Source: Pseudonocardiales bacterium
GTDB lineage: Bacteria > Actinomycetota > Actinomycetes > Mycobacteriales > Pseudonocardiaceae
DNA length: 64,000 nucleotides
Assembly (NCBI GenBank): GCA_019241525.1
Contig: JAFAWY010000118.1
Location: forward strand, 47 to 64,046
Direction of reading: 5' to 3'
Positions 9,698 to 20,214 of the stretch are shown in pieces. Numbering within the stretch: position 1 is the first letter of the stretch; every line of letters begins with the position of its first letter. The notes beneath the pieces are model-generated. The model worked only from the letters and a program-made list of their open reading frames with translations. It had not been told where the DNA came from and did not search any database. Position numbers and translations under genes: made by a program.

Positions 9698-10249
9698 TCA
9701 CCGGCGATCGACGTCGATCCCGCTGGCCAGATCCGAACAGTCCACCACGATCAGGTCGGATCGGCCGGCCAGCCAATCGCGGGCACCCCGGTCACCGCGT
9801 GCGGAGGAGACGATGTCCGCCCAGTGCTGCCGGCCAAGCAGGACCGGGTGCCCGGGCCGGCCGTCGAACCCGGCCCGGGCCACTACCGTGGCGCTGGCCA
9901 GCGCGATCAGCCTGCGCACCACCGAAGCCTCCACATCAGGCAGATCGACCAGGTGCACCAGCGCGGCCTGCACCTGCGCGGGCGCGCTGTGGCCCAGCTC
10001 GTCCAGGCCGGTCCGCAACGAGGCGCCCATGCCCTCGGCCCAGTCGGCCGCCACCACGGTGCCCGCGGACTCGGGCACCAGGGGGAGCACCTCGTCGGCC
10101 TGCGCGCCGACAACGACCAGTACCGGATCGCACCCGCCCTGGCTCAGCACCGCGACCGCATGACGCAGCCAGGCCCCGCCATCGACCAGTGCCTTGGGCA
10201 TGCCGTAACGCCGACCGGCCCCGGCCGCCAGCAACAACCCGGCGATCAT
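9698..10249 (-). CDS. MobA/MocA-like nucleotidyltransferase (molybdenum cofactor cytidylyl/guanylyl-transferase family)
   Basis: MIAGLLLAAGAGRRYGMPKALV N-terminal signature; about 180 aa. Confidence 0.8.
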   Translation of the reverse strand: MIAGLLLAAGAGRRYGMPKALVDGGAWLRHAVAVLSQGGCDPVLVVVGAQADEVLPLVPESAGTVVAADWAEGMGASLRTGLDELGHSAPAQVQAALVHLVDLPDVEASVVRRLIALASATVVARAGFDGRPGHPVLLGRQHWADIVSSARGDRGARDWLAGRSDLIVVDCSDLASGIDVDRR

Positions 10250-10288
10250 GATGTCAATCCTGCCATGGTCACCGGTTGCCAGCCCGAG

Positions 10289-11134
10289 CTAGCGCAGCGG
10301 CTCGGTGGTGGAAACCTGTTCGACAATCTCGATCTCGTCGCCGACATGCACGGTGGCGCCGGGAGAGTCGGGAATGAGATTGATCGCGAACCAGCTCTTG
10401 CCGTCCCACCGGCGGTGCCGGGCCAGCGTGGCGAGCGGCTCTTTGCCTGTTTCCGCAGTTTCGGGATCCACCGTGGTGAGCGCGCAACGGCTACAGCCCT
10501 TCACGGCGCGGAACCGTGCCTCACCGATGCGCAGCACCCGCCAGCCGTCCTCCGCCCAGGGATTCGCGCCTGCGACAACCAGGTTGGGGCGGAATCGGGT
10601 CATGGACATCGGCTGTTCCGCGGTTCGGGGGCCCGCCAGGATGAGATCGTTCAACGCTGCCAGGGACTCCTCGGTGGCAAGCAGCACCGGGTAGCCATCC
10701 GCGAACGAGACTCGGTCTTCAGCACGGCTGTAGGCGGGGTCGGGCCGGCGCCGGGTGGGGTCGTCCAGGTAGACCAGCCGTACCGGTGCGCCGACCACCA
10801 TGCTGAACCAGGCGTGCGCCGTGGTCGCCGCGGAGCAAGCGGCCACCACGCTGGAGAAGACCTGCACCTCCCACAAGTTGGCACTCTGCGGGGTGTGCAC
10901 TCGCAGTGGATCGATACCGGGCGCGCTGACCAGCAGGCCGTCCGCGGTGAATTCCGGTGCCACGAGCACCAGCTGCGGGTGTTTTCGCGCCGTCACCACC
11001 CGTCCCCGGTCGTCGACCAGCATCCACCGCCGATCACCGGCCAGGCCCCATGGCTCAACGACCGCCTCGTCGGCAGGATGACCACGGCACGACTTGATCG
11101 GGTAGCGGGTGATCCCGGTCAATCTGATCGTCAC
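10289..11134 (-). CDS. MOSC domain-containing protein (N-terminal beta-barrel + MOSC)
   Basis: ITRYPIKSCRG..LAGDRRWMLVD.. and RFRPNLVV..; conserved Cys in KGCSRCALTTVD. Confidence 0.85.
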   Translation of the reverse strand: MTIRLTGITRYPIKSCRGHPADEAVVEPWGLAGDRRWMLVDDRGRVVTARKHPQLVLVAPEFTADGLLVSAPGIDPLRVHTPQSANLWEVQVFSSVVAACSAATTAHAWFSMVVGAPVRLVYLDDPTRRRPDPAYSRAEDRVSFADGYPVLLATEESLAALNDLILAGPRTAEQPMSMTRFRPNLVVAGANPWAEDGWRVLRIGEARFRAVKGCSRCALTTVDPETAETGKEPLATLARHRRWDGKSWFAINLIPDSPGATVHVGDEIEIVEQVSTTEPLR

Positions 11135-11298
11135 GAACTCCAGGCTCTCCGGTAGTGAGATCGGCAGGAAGTGCAGGACATGGAGGATGCGGAGGTCAAG
11201 GTCACGTTCATCACCGCCGATGCCTCAGGTGTCGCTTGCTTCCTATCCGGTGACGAGCAGACTGGGCAAACCCACCCCAGAGCGTTCGGGAGAACATC

Positions 11299-11706
11299 GT
11301 GAGTAATCGCCCTTCACCTGCGGCTGTGAAGACCTTCTCCATGGTGAATGGGCTAACCCTGCTCGGGGTGCTGCTGCAAGCAGTGTGGGCAGGTCTGTTC
11401 ATCGACCGCGCCGAGCGGGAGCCCTGGGTCACGGTGCATGAGATCGGTGGCTTCGTTGTCGTCGTGCTGTCTCTGGTAACCGCATTGCTGGCCATCGCCC
11501 TGTTGCGCCGGGCTGATCCGGCGCTGACCTTCGCCGCCGTCGGCCTGTTCGTGCTGCTCGTCATCCAGACCGGCCTGGGTGAGGGAATCTCCAAGGCGGG
11601 CTCGCAAGAGCTACTCGTCAGCCACGTGCCGCTGGCGATGCTGATCTTCGGCCTGGGCGTTTACCTGTCGGTCGCGGGCGCCCGGTTGCGCCGTGCCATG
11701 TCGTGA
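11299..11706 (+). CDS. hypothetical integral membrane protein (4 predicted helices)
   Basis: 135-aa ORF with a GTG start, four hydrophobic stretches and high GC3. Confidence 0.6.
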   Translation: MSNRPSPAAVKTFSMVNGLTLLGVLLQAVWAGLFIDRAEREPWVTVHEIGGFVVVVLSLVTALLAIALLRRADPALTFAAVGLFVLLVIQTGLGEGISKAGSQELLVSHVPLAMLIFGLGVYLSVAGARLRRAMS

Positions 11707-11734
11707 CATTCCGGTGAGACCGGTCCGGGTTGCG

Positions 11735-12067
11735 TCAGCGCAGGCTGACCCACCGTCCAGGGGTGCGCCGCAGAGCGCGAACGATCTGCGGGCCCGTCCG
11801 CAGCGTTGAGTGTCCACGCCGGCAACGAATGTCGTAGATCAACTCGCCGATGTGTGACTTGAGGAAGTCCAGCCGTGCCCGCGCCTGTGCCACATCCTCG
11901 GCGGCAGCCAGCTCCTGCTCGACCAGGCGCATCTGAATGGCCCAGCTGCTGGGCGTGATCAGGTGGCCATCAGCCGAGACGATGGTGAGCCGGCCGGTCC
12001 ACGGCCGGTGCGTCGCGTCGGCCACGACGTCGTCGCAGCGTGGGCAGGTCAGCTGCTTGCACACCAT
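11735..12067 (-). CDS. hypothetical protein with CxxC...C..H zinc-ribbon-like pattern
   Basis: MVCKQLTCPRCDDVV... ATG at 12067 with GAGG upstream. The longer track start at 12151 would collide with the divergent gene. Confidence 0.5.
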   Translation of the reverse strand: MVCKQLTCPRCDDVVADATHRPWTGRLTIVSADGHLITPSSWAIQMRLVEQELAAAEDVAQARARLDFLKSHIGELIYDIRCRRGHSTLRTGPQIVRALRRTPGRWVSLR

Positions 12068-12149
12068 CGCCTCGACGCCCCTAGCCGGAGATACCCGGCA
12101 TATCCAGACAATTGCGTCACTGTCACCAGCCGCGCGGCACGAATGGCGC

Positions 12150-12607
12150 ATGACCTCATGGCCTGACTTCGCTGCTAATCAGCCGGACTTCGCCCATCGC
12201 GTTCGCCGGTGCTTCGCGATCCGCAAGCACGCCACGCTTGCAACGTTGCGGCAAGACGGTTCACCTCGCATCAGCGGAACAGAAGTTGACTTCGCCGACC
12301 ATGGTCTTTACCTCGGCATGATGCCTGGTTCGCGCAAGGCGATGGATTTACGCCGTGATCCGCGGCTGGCGCTGCACTGCCCTACCGTGGATCCTCCACC
12401 GGACGATCCCGCATGCTGGGCTCGGTGACGCGAAGATCGCCGGTCGAGCAACCGAGCTGACGGCCGCTACAAGCGCCGATGAAAGCCCACCATTTTGTGA
12501 TCGACATTCTCGAAGTGGTCCACACCACCGTCGGTACACCCGCCGACCATCTCCTCATCGAATCCTGGCATCCGGATCGGGGATTACGCCGCCGAACACG
12601 GCGGTAA
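12150..12607 (+). pseudogene. pyridoxamine 5'-phosphate oxidase family protein, two +1 frameshifts
   Basis: The family sequence is split over three frames: frame 0 runs to ..LHCPTVDPPPDDPACWAR*(12428), frame 1 holds GDAKIAGRATELT, and frame 2 holds HHFVIDILEVVHTTVGTPADHLLIESWHPDRGL..*(12607). Confidence 0.6.
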
Positions 12608-12767
12608 ATGACCCACCTGCCGCGTTCACCGCAGCCTGCCCACGGGTATGTGGCAGGCAACCAATGCTGCTTCCCCGGAAAGGTCCCGAAGACCGAACAC
12701 CCATAGCCCGTTACCTCGGCCATCCCATTCCCGTTCTTACTAGCGGACAGCCCGAAGGGATGGTGGG

Positions 12768-14084
12768 ATGCGGCGCCTGCTCGCCTTGCCGGTCATGGCA
12801 CTGGCGAGCGTGCTGACGCTGGTTGGTTGCACAACCGGCACAGCACGTCCGGGCGCCCATCCGAAGCCCGGTGGGCATGTCACCAGCTCCACGGCCCACC
12901 CAAAGCCGGGGAAGCTCATCGCCGGCTCTGGCGTCACCCCTACTGACATCACGCTTGGCGCACTGATCAACTACGCCGGCCCGTTCGCCGACCGGGCCAT
13001 CGCGGTGCTACACGGCCAAGAGATCTGGATCAAGGAGACCAACGCCGCCGGCGGCGTCTGTCGCCGTAAGATCAAGTTAGCGGTCCGGGACGACCGGGGC
13101 GACGCCGGCCAAGCGAAGGCTCAGTACTCCAGCCTGGAGCCCACGGTGTTGGGCTTCATGCAGATCCAGGGATCCTCGACGGCCGCGGCCCTGAGCCAGA
13201 GCCTGATCGACAATGAAACGACCGCGGTGACGTTGTCCAATTCCTCGCAGCTGCTGGGCAACCCGTACCTCATCATTCCGGCCAGCACCTACGACGTGGA
13301 AATGATCAATGGTCTGGCGGCTTTGATGGCTCAAGGAAAGATCCGCGAAGGCGACACCATCGGCCACATCTGGCTCGATGGTGAATACGGCGCCAACGGC
13401 TTGCGCGGCGTGCAGTACTTCGCCCAACTCCACCACTTGACGCTGCGCGCAACCAAGGTGACCGCCGATACGAATATGCGCGACGTCGTGGCCGGTTTCG
13501 CCGCCGCACCCCCCGTCAAGGCGATCGCGCTGAACACCACCCCGGCGCAGACCGCTTCGGCCGCTGTGATCAACCAGGAGCTGCGCCTCGGTGTGCCGAT
13601 GATTGGCGACAGCGACGTGTTCACCCCTCAGTTGCTAGCCAGCCCAGCAGCCCCGGCACTGGGCAACCTCTCGGTGGTGAGCAGTTCGGTGCCGTTTTCC
13701 GCCGCGATACCCAAAGCAACGCATGTCGCCGGCGCCTACCAGCAAGCCAGCTACCCGGAGCTGCCCAGCAGTGGAGTGCCCTACGGCTATGCCATCGCCT
13801 CGCTGTGGGGTCAGCTCCTCAAGCGAGCCTGCACCAACGGCGATCTGACCCGGTCTGGGGTCCAAGAGGCGCTGCATCAGCTGAGCACGATCAGCACGGA
13901 CAATCTGATCGCCGACCTGAGCTTCGCCAAGCCCGGCTTCCCCGCGACCCGGCAGGCCTACGTCAGCGTTCCCGACCCGGCCGTGCCGGGCGGGATCCGC
14001 CAGGCGTCCCCGCTGTTCGAATCACCGGAGGCACACAGCTACGTGGCCCCCCGCCAGGGAGCCTCGAAACTGGGTACCGGCTGA
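12768..14084 (+). CDS. ABC transporter substrate-binding lipoprotein (type I PBP, branched-chain amino acid/LivJ-like)
   Basis: Signal peptide with lipobox LTLVGC; 438 aa; ..ALINYAGPFADRAIA..EIWIKETNAAGGV.. pattern. Confidence 0.75.
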   Translation: MRRLLALPVMALASVLTLVGCTTGTARPGAHPKPGGHVTSSTAHPKPGKLIAGSGVTPTDITLGALINYAGPFADRAIAVLHGQEIWIKETNAAGGVCRRKIKLAVRDDRGDAGQAKAQYSSLEPTVLGFMQIQGSSTAAALSQSLIDNETTAVTLSNSSQLLGNPYLIIPASTYDVEMINGLAALMAQGKIREGDTIGHIWLDGEYGANGLRGVQYFAQLHHLTLRATKVTADTNMRDVVAGFAAAPPVKAIALNTTPAQTASAAVINQELRLGVPMIGDSDVFTPQLLASPAAPALGNLSVVSSSVPFSAAIPKATHVAGAYQQASYPELPSSGVPYGYAIASLWGQLLKRACTNGDLTRSGVQEALHQLSTISTDNLIADLSFAKPGFPATRQAYVSVPDPAVPGGIRQASPLFESPEAHSYVAPRQGASKLGTG

Positions 14085-14086
14085 GA

Positions 14087-15358
14087 TCACACCGTCAGGC
14101 CACTGACACGCTTGCGGACTGCCCGCCCGAGCAACCCGCAAGCAAGTACCGCCGCACCGGTGAGCAACGTGGTCAGCGGCAGGGTCAGCGCAAGCAGGGC
14201 GCATCCGGCGAGCCCAACGGCTGCCAACGGTCGCCGCCACCGGCGGCCCGGGCTGGGCAGGGTGAATGAGGCGATGTTCGCGATGGCGTAGTAGGTCAGC
14301 ACCGCGAAGCTGGAAAAGCCGATGACTCCCCGCACATCGGCGATCGACACAACAGCGGTGACGGTGCAGCCCAACCCGATCTGTGCCCGGTGCGGCACCC
14401 GGTACCGCGGATGGATAGCGGCCAGGACGTGCGGCAGTTCATGGTCGCGGGCCATGGCCACGATGGTGCGGCCGACACCGGCCAGCAGGGACAGCAGCAC
14501 ACCAGCACACGCCACCGCACCGCCGATCTGCACCACGGGTGTCAGCCAGCTCAACGCGCCGGATCGGGTCACCGCGGCAAGCGGCGCGGCGGACTGGGCC
14601 AGCGTGGTAGGTCCTACCGCAGCCAAGGCGGCCGCGCCGACGAGGGCGTAAACCCCGACAGCGATACCCAAGGCCAGCGGGATGGCCAGCGGGATAGTTC
14701 GGTCGGGTTGGCGTACCTCCTCACCGAGAGTCGCGATCCGCGCGTAGCCGGCGAAGGCGAAGAACAGCAGCGCCGCGGCTTGGGTGATGCCCAGGAGGCC
14801 GCCGCTGCTCCAGCCGGAGAGGTTGGCCGGATCGGCGTGGCCACCACCTAGCGCAGCCACCACAACCGCGGCCAGGGCGGCCAGGGTTACGATCACCAGT
14901 AGTCGGGTCAGCCATGCGGTCTTGGTGATGCCGAGATAGTTCACCGCGGTGCAGATCACCACCGCGGCGACCGCAGGGGCGCTGGGATGCGCGGGCCAAC
15001 AATAAGCGCCGAAGGTTAGTGCCATCGCGGCACAGCTGGCTGTCTTGCCGATCACGAATCCCCAGCCCGCCAGGAAGCCCCACACCGGCCCCAACCGGTG
15101 GCGGCCGTAGCGGTAGGTGCCGCCGGATTCCGGGTACCGGGCCGCCAGCTGGGCTGAGGCAATGCCGTTGCAATACGCGACCACCGCGGCGATGGCCAGC
15201 CCGATCAGCAACCCGGAGCCGGCAGCTGCGGCGGCGGGAGCGAACGCAGCGAACACGCCGGCACCGAGCATCGAGCCCAGGCCGACCATCACCGCGTCGG
15301 CCAGGCTCAGCCGCCGGGCCAGCCCTGGCCCGGCGCGTTTGGCGCTGCCTAGGGTCAT
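14087..15358 (-). CDS. APC family amino acid permease
   Basis: LSLADAVMVGLGSMLGAGVFAAFA..YCNGIASAQLAARYPESGGTYRYG; about 12 TM segments. Confidence 0.9.
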   Translation of the reverse strand: MTLGSAKRAGPGLARRLSLADAVMVGLGSMLGAGVFAAFAPAAAAAGSGLLIGLAIAAVVAYCNGIASAQLAARYPESGGTYRYGRHRLGPVWGFLAGWGFVIGKTASCAAMALTFGAYCWPAHPSAPAVAAVVICTAVNYLGITKTAWLTRLLVIVTLAALAAVVVAALGGGHADPANLSGWSSGGLLGITQAAALLFFAFAGYARIATLGEEVRQPDRTIPLAIPLALGIAVGVYALVGAAALAAVGPTTLAQSAAPLAAVTRSGALSWLTPVVQIGGAVACAGVLLSLLAGVGRTIVAMARDHELPHVLAAIHPRYRVPHRAQIGLGCTVTAVVSIADVRGVIGFSSFAVLTYYAIANIASFTLPSPGRRWRRPLAAVGLAGCALLALTLPLTTLLTGAAVLACGLLGRAVRKRVSGLTV

Positions 15359-16415
15359 TCGGGGTCAGGCGGGTTCGACTGGTCTGTGGCGCACCGCATC
15401 CCGCACGGTGGTGAAGCGGAACATCTCGCGAAACTGACCAGCAGCATCACGACACCGGACAGGATCGCCAGCGGCGTCAGCTTGGTGGGCAGCGGCGCCA
15501 GCGCCAGTAGGACAATCGCCACCACCATCCGCTGCGCGGTAACGGTGTGCAGCACCCGCATCGTGAACCCGACATGCGCCAGCAGGTACAGCGCCACACC
15601 GCCATAGAGCGCCGCGAGCGCCAGTGGCTCGTCATGCCCGCCGTCGGCGACGTGCTGGAGCACCGTTTTCAGACCCAGCGCCAGCAGCACGATCCCGGCC
15701 ACCATCGGTAGATGCAGGAAGCTGTATGCGTCGCGGGCCAGCCCCGACCGCAGCGTTCCCGGCTCGGCGACCAGCGCTCGCTCCCCCATCGTGGCTGAGA
15801 CGTCGCAATAAACCCACCACAGCGTCGCACATACGGTCAGACCCAGCACCGATGCAGCGACCACGGACCAGGAAATCGGCAACCCGGTCATGCCAACCCC
15901 GATCGCCACGATGGACTCGCCGAGCGCCACGATGATCAGCCCATGCCGCTCGGCGAAATGCGCCGGTGCGCGCGCCGCCATCCCGCCGCCCCAGCAAGCA
16001 GCGTCCCTCCGTAGTCGGCGAGCAGGGCCAGTGCCCATAGCCCGGTCTGCAGCGCACCGGTGTAGCGGGAAGCAACCAGCAACAGTGCGGTGCCACCGAT
16101 GACCGACAGGATCCATCTGATCAATTGACGGCGCAAGCCGTGGTCTGTTCGGGACAAGACCCAGAACAGCACCAGGTGAAGTCCGCGGAACGCGAAGTAG
16201 CACAGCGCGACGACCATGGGCAGCCCCCATACCAGCAGACCGCGCGCGATGCCGTGCGCCGAGACGTCGTACGCCATCAGGGTGGTGATCTGGGTCAACC
16301 CGAACACGAATACCAGGTCGAAGAACAGCTCGATGGGGGCGACTCTGGCCTCGGTGGTGGCGGCCACCATTTGCGGCGCTCGCACAGCAAAAATCGTGAC
16401 ACGCGCGCTCACCAA
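15355..16415 (-). pseudogene. low temperature requirement protein A (LtrA) family membrane protein, frameshifted
   Basis: The N-terminal half is in one frame (15936..16415: APIELFFDLVFVFGLTQ...) and the C-terminal half in another (..APAHFAERHGLIIVALGESIV..WWVYCD..). The switch falls in the GC run near 15950-15985. Its TGA overlaps the permease ATG. Confidence 0.7.
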
Positions 16416-16432
16416 CCGGCCAGCCCGACAAA

Positions 16433-16470
16433 CCCCACAGTATGGATCCAGACTGCGGGTTTCTGTGGGG
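16433..16470. repeat. REP-like element, degenerate half copy B
   Basis: CAGTATGGATCCAGACTGCGG resembles the arm of copies A and C. It is enclosed by the stem CCCCACAG..CTGTGGGG. Confidence 0.6.
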
Positions 16471-16485
16471 CTTCGTCCGGCAAAG

Positions 16486-16528
16486 GAAACGGGGCCGGCC
16501 CCGGCGAGAGGGGATGCGGCCCCGTTTC
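16486..16528 (-). terminator. hairpin downstream of groEL (candidate intrinsic terminator)
   Basis: 12-bp GC-rich stem GAAACGGGGCCG..CGGCCCCGTTTC, 18 nt past the groEL stop. Only a short CTTTG tail follows on the minus strand. Confidence 0.5.
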
Positions 16529-16545
16529 GGGTGTAACGCGTCGGG

Positions 16546-18192
<1,647 letters not shown>

Positions 18193-18308
18193 TCATGGGC
18201 GCCGCGGGGTTTCCGCGGCAAGGACACAGTGCTCGGCCAGGCTCGGTGCCCGCGACGGACGTCCGGCGGTTGCCGGACTCACCGTCCCGACCTCGGTGTG
18301 TGTTGCAG

Positions 18309-18369
18309 TTGGCACTCGAAGGGCTTGAGTGCTAACCCGTGTTTAGCACTCGACCCCTCCGAGTGCAAG
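18309..18369. promoter_or_regulatory. two tandem CIRCE (HrcA) operators upstream of groEL
   Basis: TTGGCACTC-N9-GAGTGCTAA (18309-18335) and TTAGCACTC-N9-GAGTGCAAG (18343-18369), compared with the consensus TTAGCACTC-N9-GAGTGCTAA. Confidence 0.85.
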
Positions 18370-18492
18370 CCGCCACCCCTGGCCCGGCACTGCCCCAGCT
18401 GTCCATCCGCCGAGCCTGCCAGCTCGGCATGGAGACATACCGGGCTTACCGAGAATGGCTAGACCCCGATCTGTCTCCATGCCCGGGTCGGG

Positions 18493-19725
18493 ATGCAGGA
18501 TGGACGGGTGTCTGTGGGGCAGAAAGTTCGATCTGTTGAGGAGCATGCCCGGGCCGTTGCCGCGCTGCTGACCGCTACGCCGGTGATCCGGTTGCCACTG
18601 GTGGAGTGCATCGGCCTTGCCCTGGCAGAGCCGATCACCGCAGCTGTGCCGCTGCCACCGTTCGACAACTCCGGGATGGACGGCTACGCGGTGCGCTCGG
18701 CGGACATCGCGCACGCCGGCGACGAGCAGCCGGTGACGTTGCCGGTCACCGAGGACATCCCGGCCGGGCGTACCGACTCGCCGGTGTTGCAGCCGGGTAC
18801 CGCGCACCGGATCATGACCGGCGCGCCGATCCCGCTCGGTGCAGATGCGGTGGTGCCGGTCGAGCTGACCGACGGTGGCCGCCATCGAGTGCAGATCTAT
18901 GCATCTCGCTCGCCCGGCGACAGCGTGCGGCCGGCCGGTGGTGACGTGGCGGCCGGCGAGGAGGTGCTGCCAGCCGGCACAGTCCTGGGATCGGCGCAGG
19001 TGGGTGTGGCAGCAGCGGTGGGTTACGCCGAGCTGCCGGTGCACCGGCCGGTGCGGGTGCTGGTGCTGTCCACCGGTTCTGAGCTGGTCATGCCGGGCAC
19101 CCCGCTGCAGCACGGGCAGATCTACGAGTCGAACGGCACCATGCTCGCCGCGGCGGTGCGCGAGGCCGGTGGTCAGGCGCAGCTGATGCATTTCGTGCCC
19201 GACGATGTCGCCGCGCTGGAAGCCGCCTTGGCACCCCGGTTGGCCGGGATCGATCTGCTGGTGACCTCCGGCGGGGTCAGTGCGGGAGCCTACGAGGTGG
19301 TCAAGAGCGCAATGACCGGCCAAGGCGTGGATTTCGGCAAGGTGGCCATGAACCCCGGTGCACCCCAGGGTGTGGGGCGCTACCGCGGCGTGCCGGTCGC
19401 CGCGATGCCCGGTAACCCGGTCAGCGCATCGGTGTCGTTCGAGGTGTTCGTCCGGCCCCCGCTGCGGGCCGCGATGGGCCTGCCAGCAACCCGGCCCCGG
19501 GTGATGGCGCGGCTGACCGAGGCCCTGGAATCACCGGGAGACAAACGGCAGTTCCGGCGCGGCGCGTTCGATCCCGGGGCGGGGACCGTCACCCCGGTCG
19601 GTGGTCCCGGCTCGCACCTGCTCGCCGCGCTGGCCAGATCGAACTGCTTGATCGACATCCCGGAGAAGACCACCTCGCTGCAGGCCGGCGAGCACGTTGA
19701 GATCATGCGCGTCGGCAGCATGTGA
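18493..19725 (+). CDS. moeA: molybdopterin molybdenumtransferase MoeA
   Basis: ..PLPPFDNSGMDGYAVRSADI.. and ..TSGGVSAGAYEVVK.. motifs. The start is uncertain (ATG 18493, GTG 18508 or 18514). Confidence 0.92.
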   Translation: MQDGRVSVGQKVRSVEEHARAVAALLTATPVIRLPLVECIGLALAEPITAAVPLPPFDNSGMDGYAVRSADIAHAGDEQPVTLPVTEDIPAGRTDSPVLQPGTAHRIMTGAPIPLGADAVVPVELTDGGRHRVQIYASRSPGDSVRPAGGDVAAGEEVLPAGTVLGSAQVGVAAAVGYAELPVHRPVRVLVLSTGSELVMPGTPLQHGQIYESNGTMLAAAVREAGGQAQLMHFVPDDVAALEAALAPRLAGIDLLVTSGGVSAGAYEVVKSAMTGQGVDFGKVAMNPGAPQGVGRYRGVPVAAMPGNPVSASVSFEVFVRPPLRAAMGLPATRPRVMARLTEALESPGDKRQFRRGAFDPGAGTVTPVGGPGSHLLAALARSNCLIDIPEKTTSLQAGEHVEIMRVGSM

Positions 19726-20043
19726 CCTGTCGGGTGCGGCGCGTGGGTGGTCGTGGTGCTACCAACACCGACAACAGCCGGTGCCGCTCTATCGGGCGGC
19801 TCTGTCGTCGAATTTGGCGACAGTCATGGACGGCGACGGTAACTATATGTGAGAAATCCACGACACCCGGACAGACCTTGTGATAGCGGGTGACGGCAAG
19901 CACACTGAGGGTGAAGGACGGCTCAGTGAGCTACGGCAGTCCAGATCGCACCTATGGCGTGGGGTTCCTGCGTCGTCGGGGGGCGCAGGAGCGCCCTGGG
20001 AGATAACCGTTCGGAAAGCTGGGAAGCGGACGAGCGGTTGACG

Positions 20044-20087
20044 GGCACCGGGAACCCCCGCCCGGGGGGCGGCGGGTTCCCGGTGCC
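20044..20087. other. strong GC hairpin in the moeA-psd spacer
   Basis: Perfect 14-bp stem GGCACCGGGAACCC..GGGTTCCCGGTGCC with an inner CCGCC/GGCGG pairing. Confidence 0.8.
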
Positions 20088-20214
20088 TTCCCCCGGGCGT
20101 TGGTTCATCGGCGTAGCGGCGTACGGTGCAAGCGCGAACACCAAACCTGACCACCACGACCGTAACCACCACGACCCTAATCACGACGATTCAGTCGAGG
20201 ATCTTGGCGAACGC

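Noticed and set aside
18343-19323. 326-aa minus-strand ORF
   Set aside because: It is antisense to moeA. The low-complexity Arg/Gly/His-rich translation marks it as a shadow ORF.
20126-20214. His/Asp-rich tract as a genuine N-terminal extension of Psd
   Set aside because: No ATG or GTG lies between the tract and the far-upstream start at 19954. That start would require translating through the GC hairpin and a non-conserved region. ATG 20215 gives a normal-length Psd.
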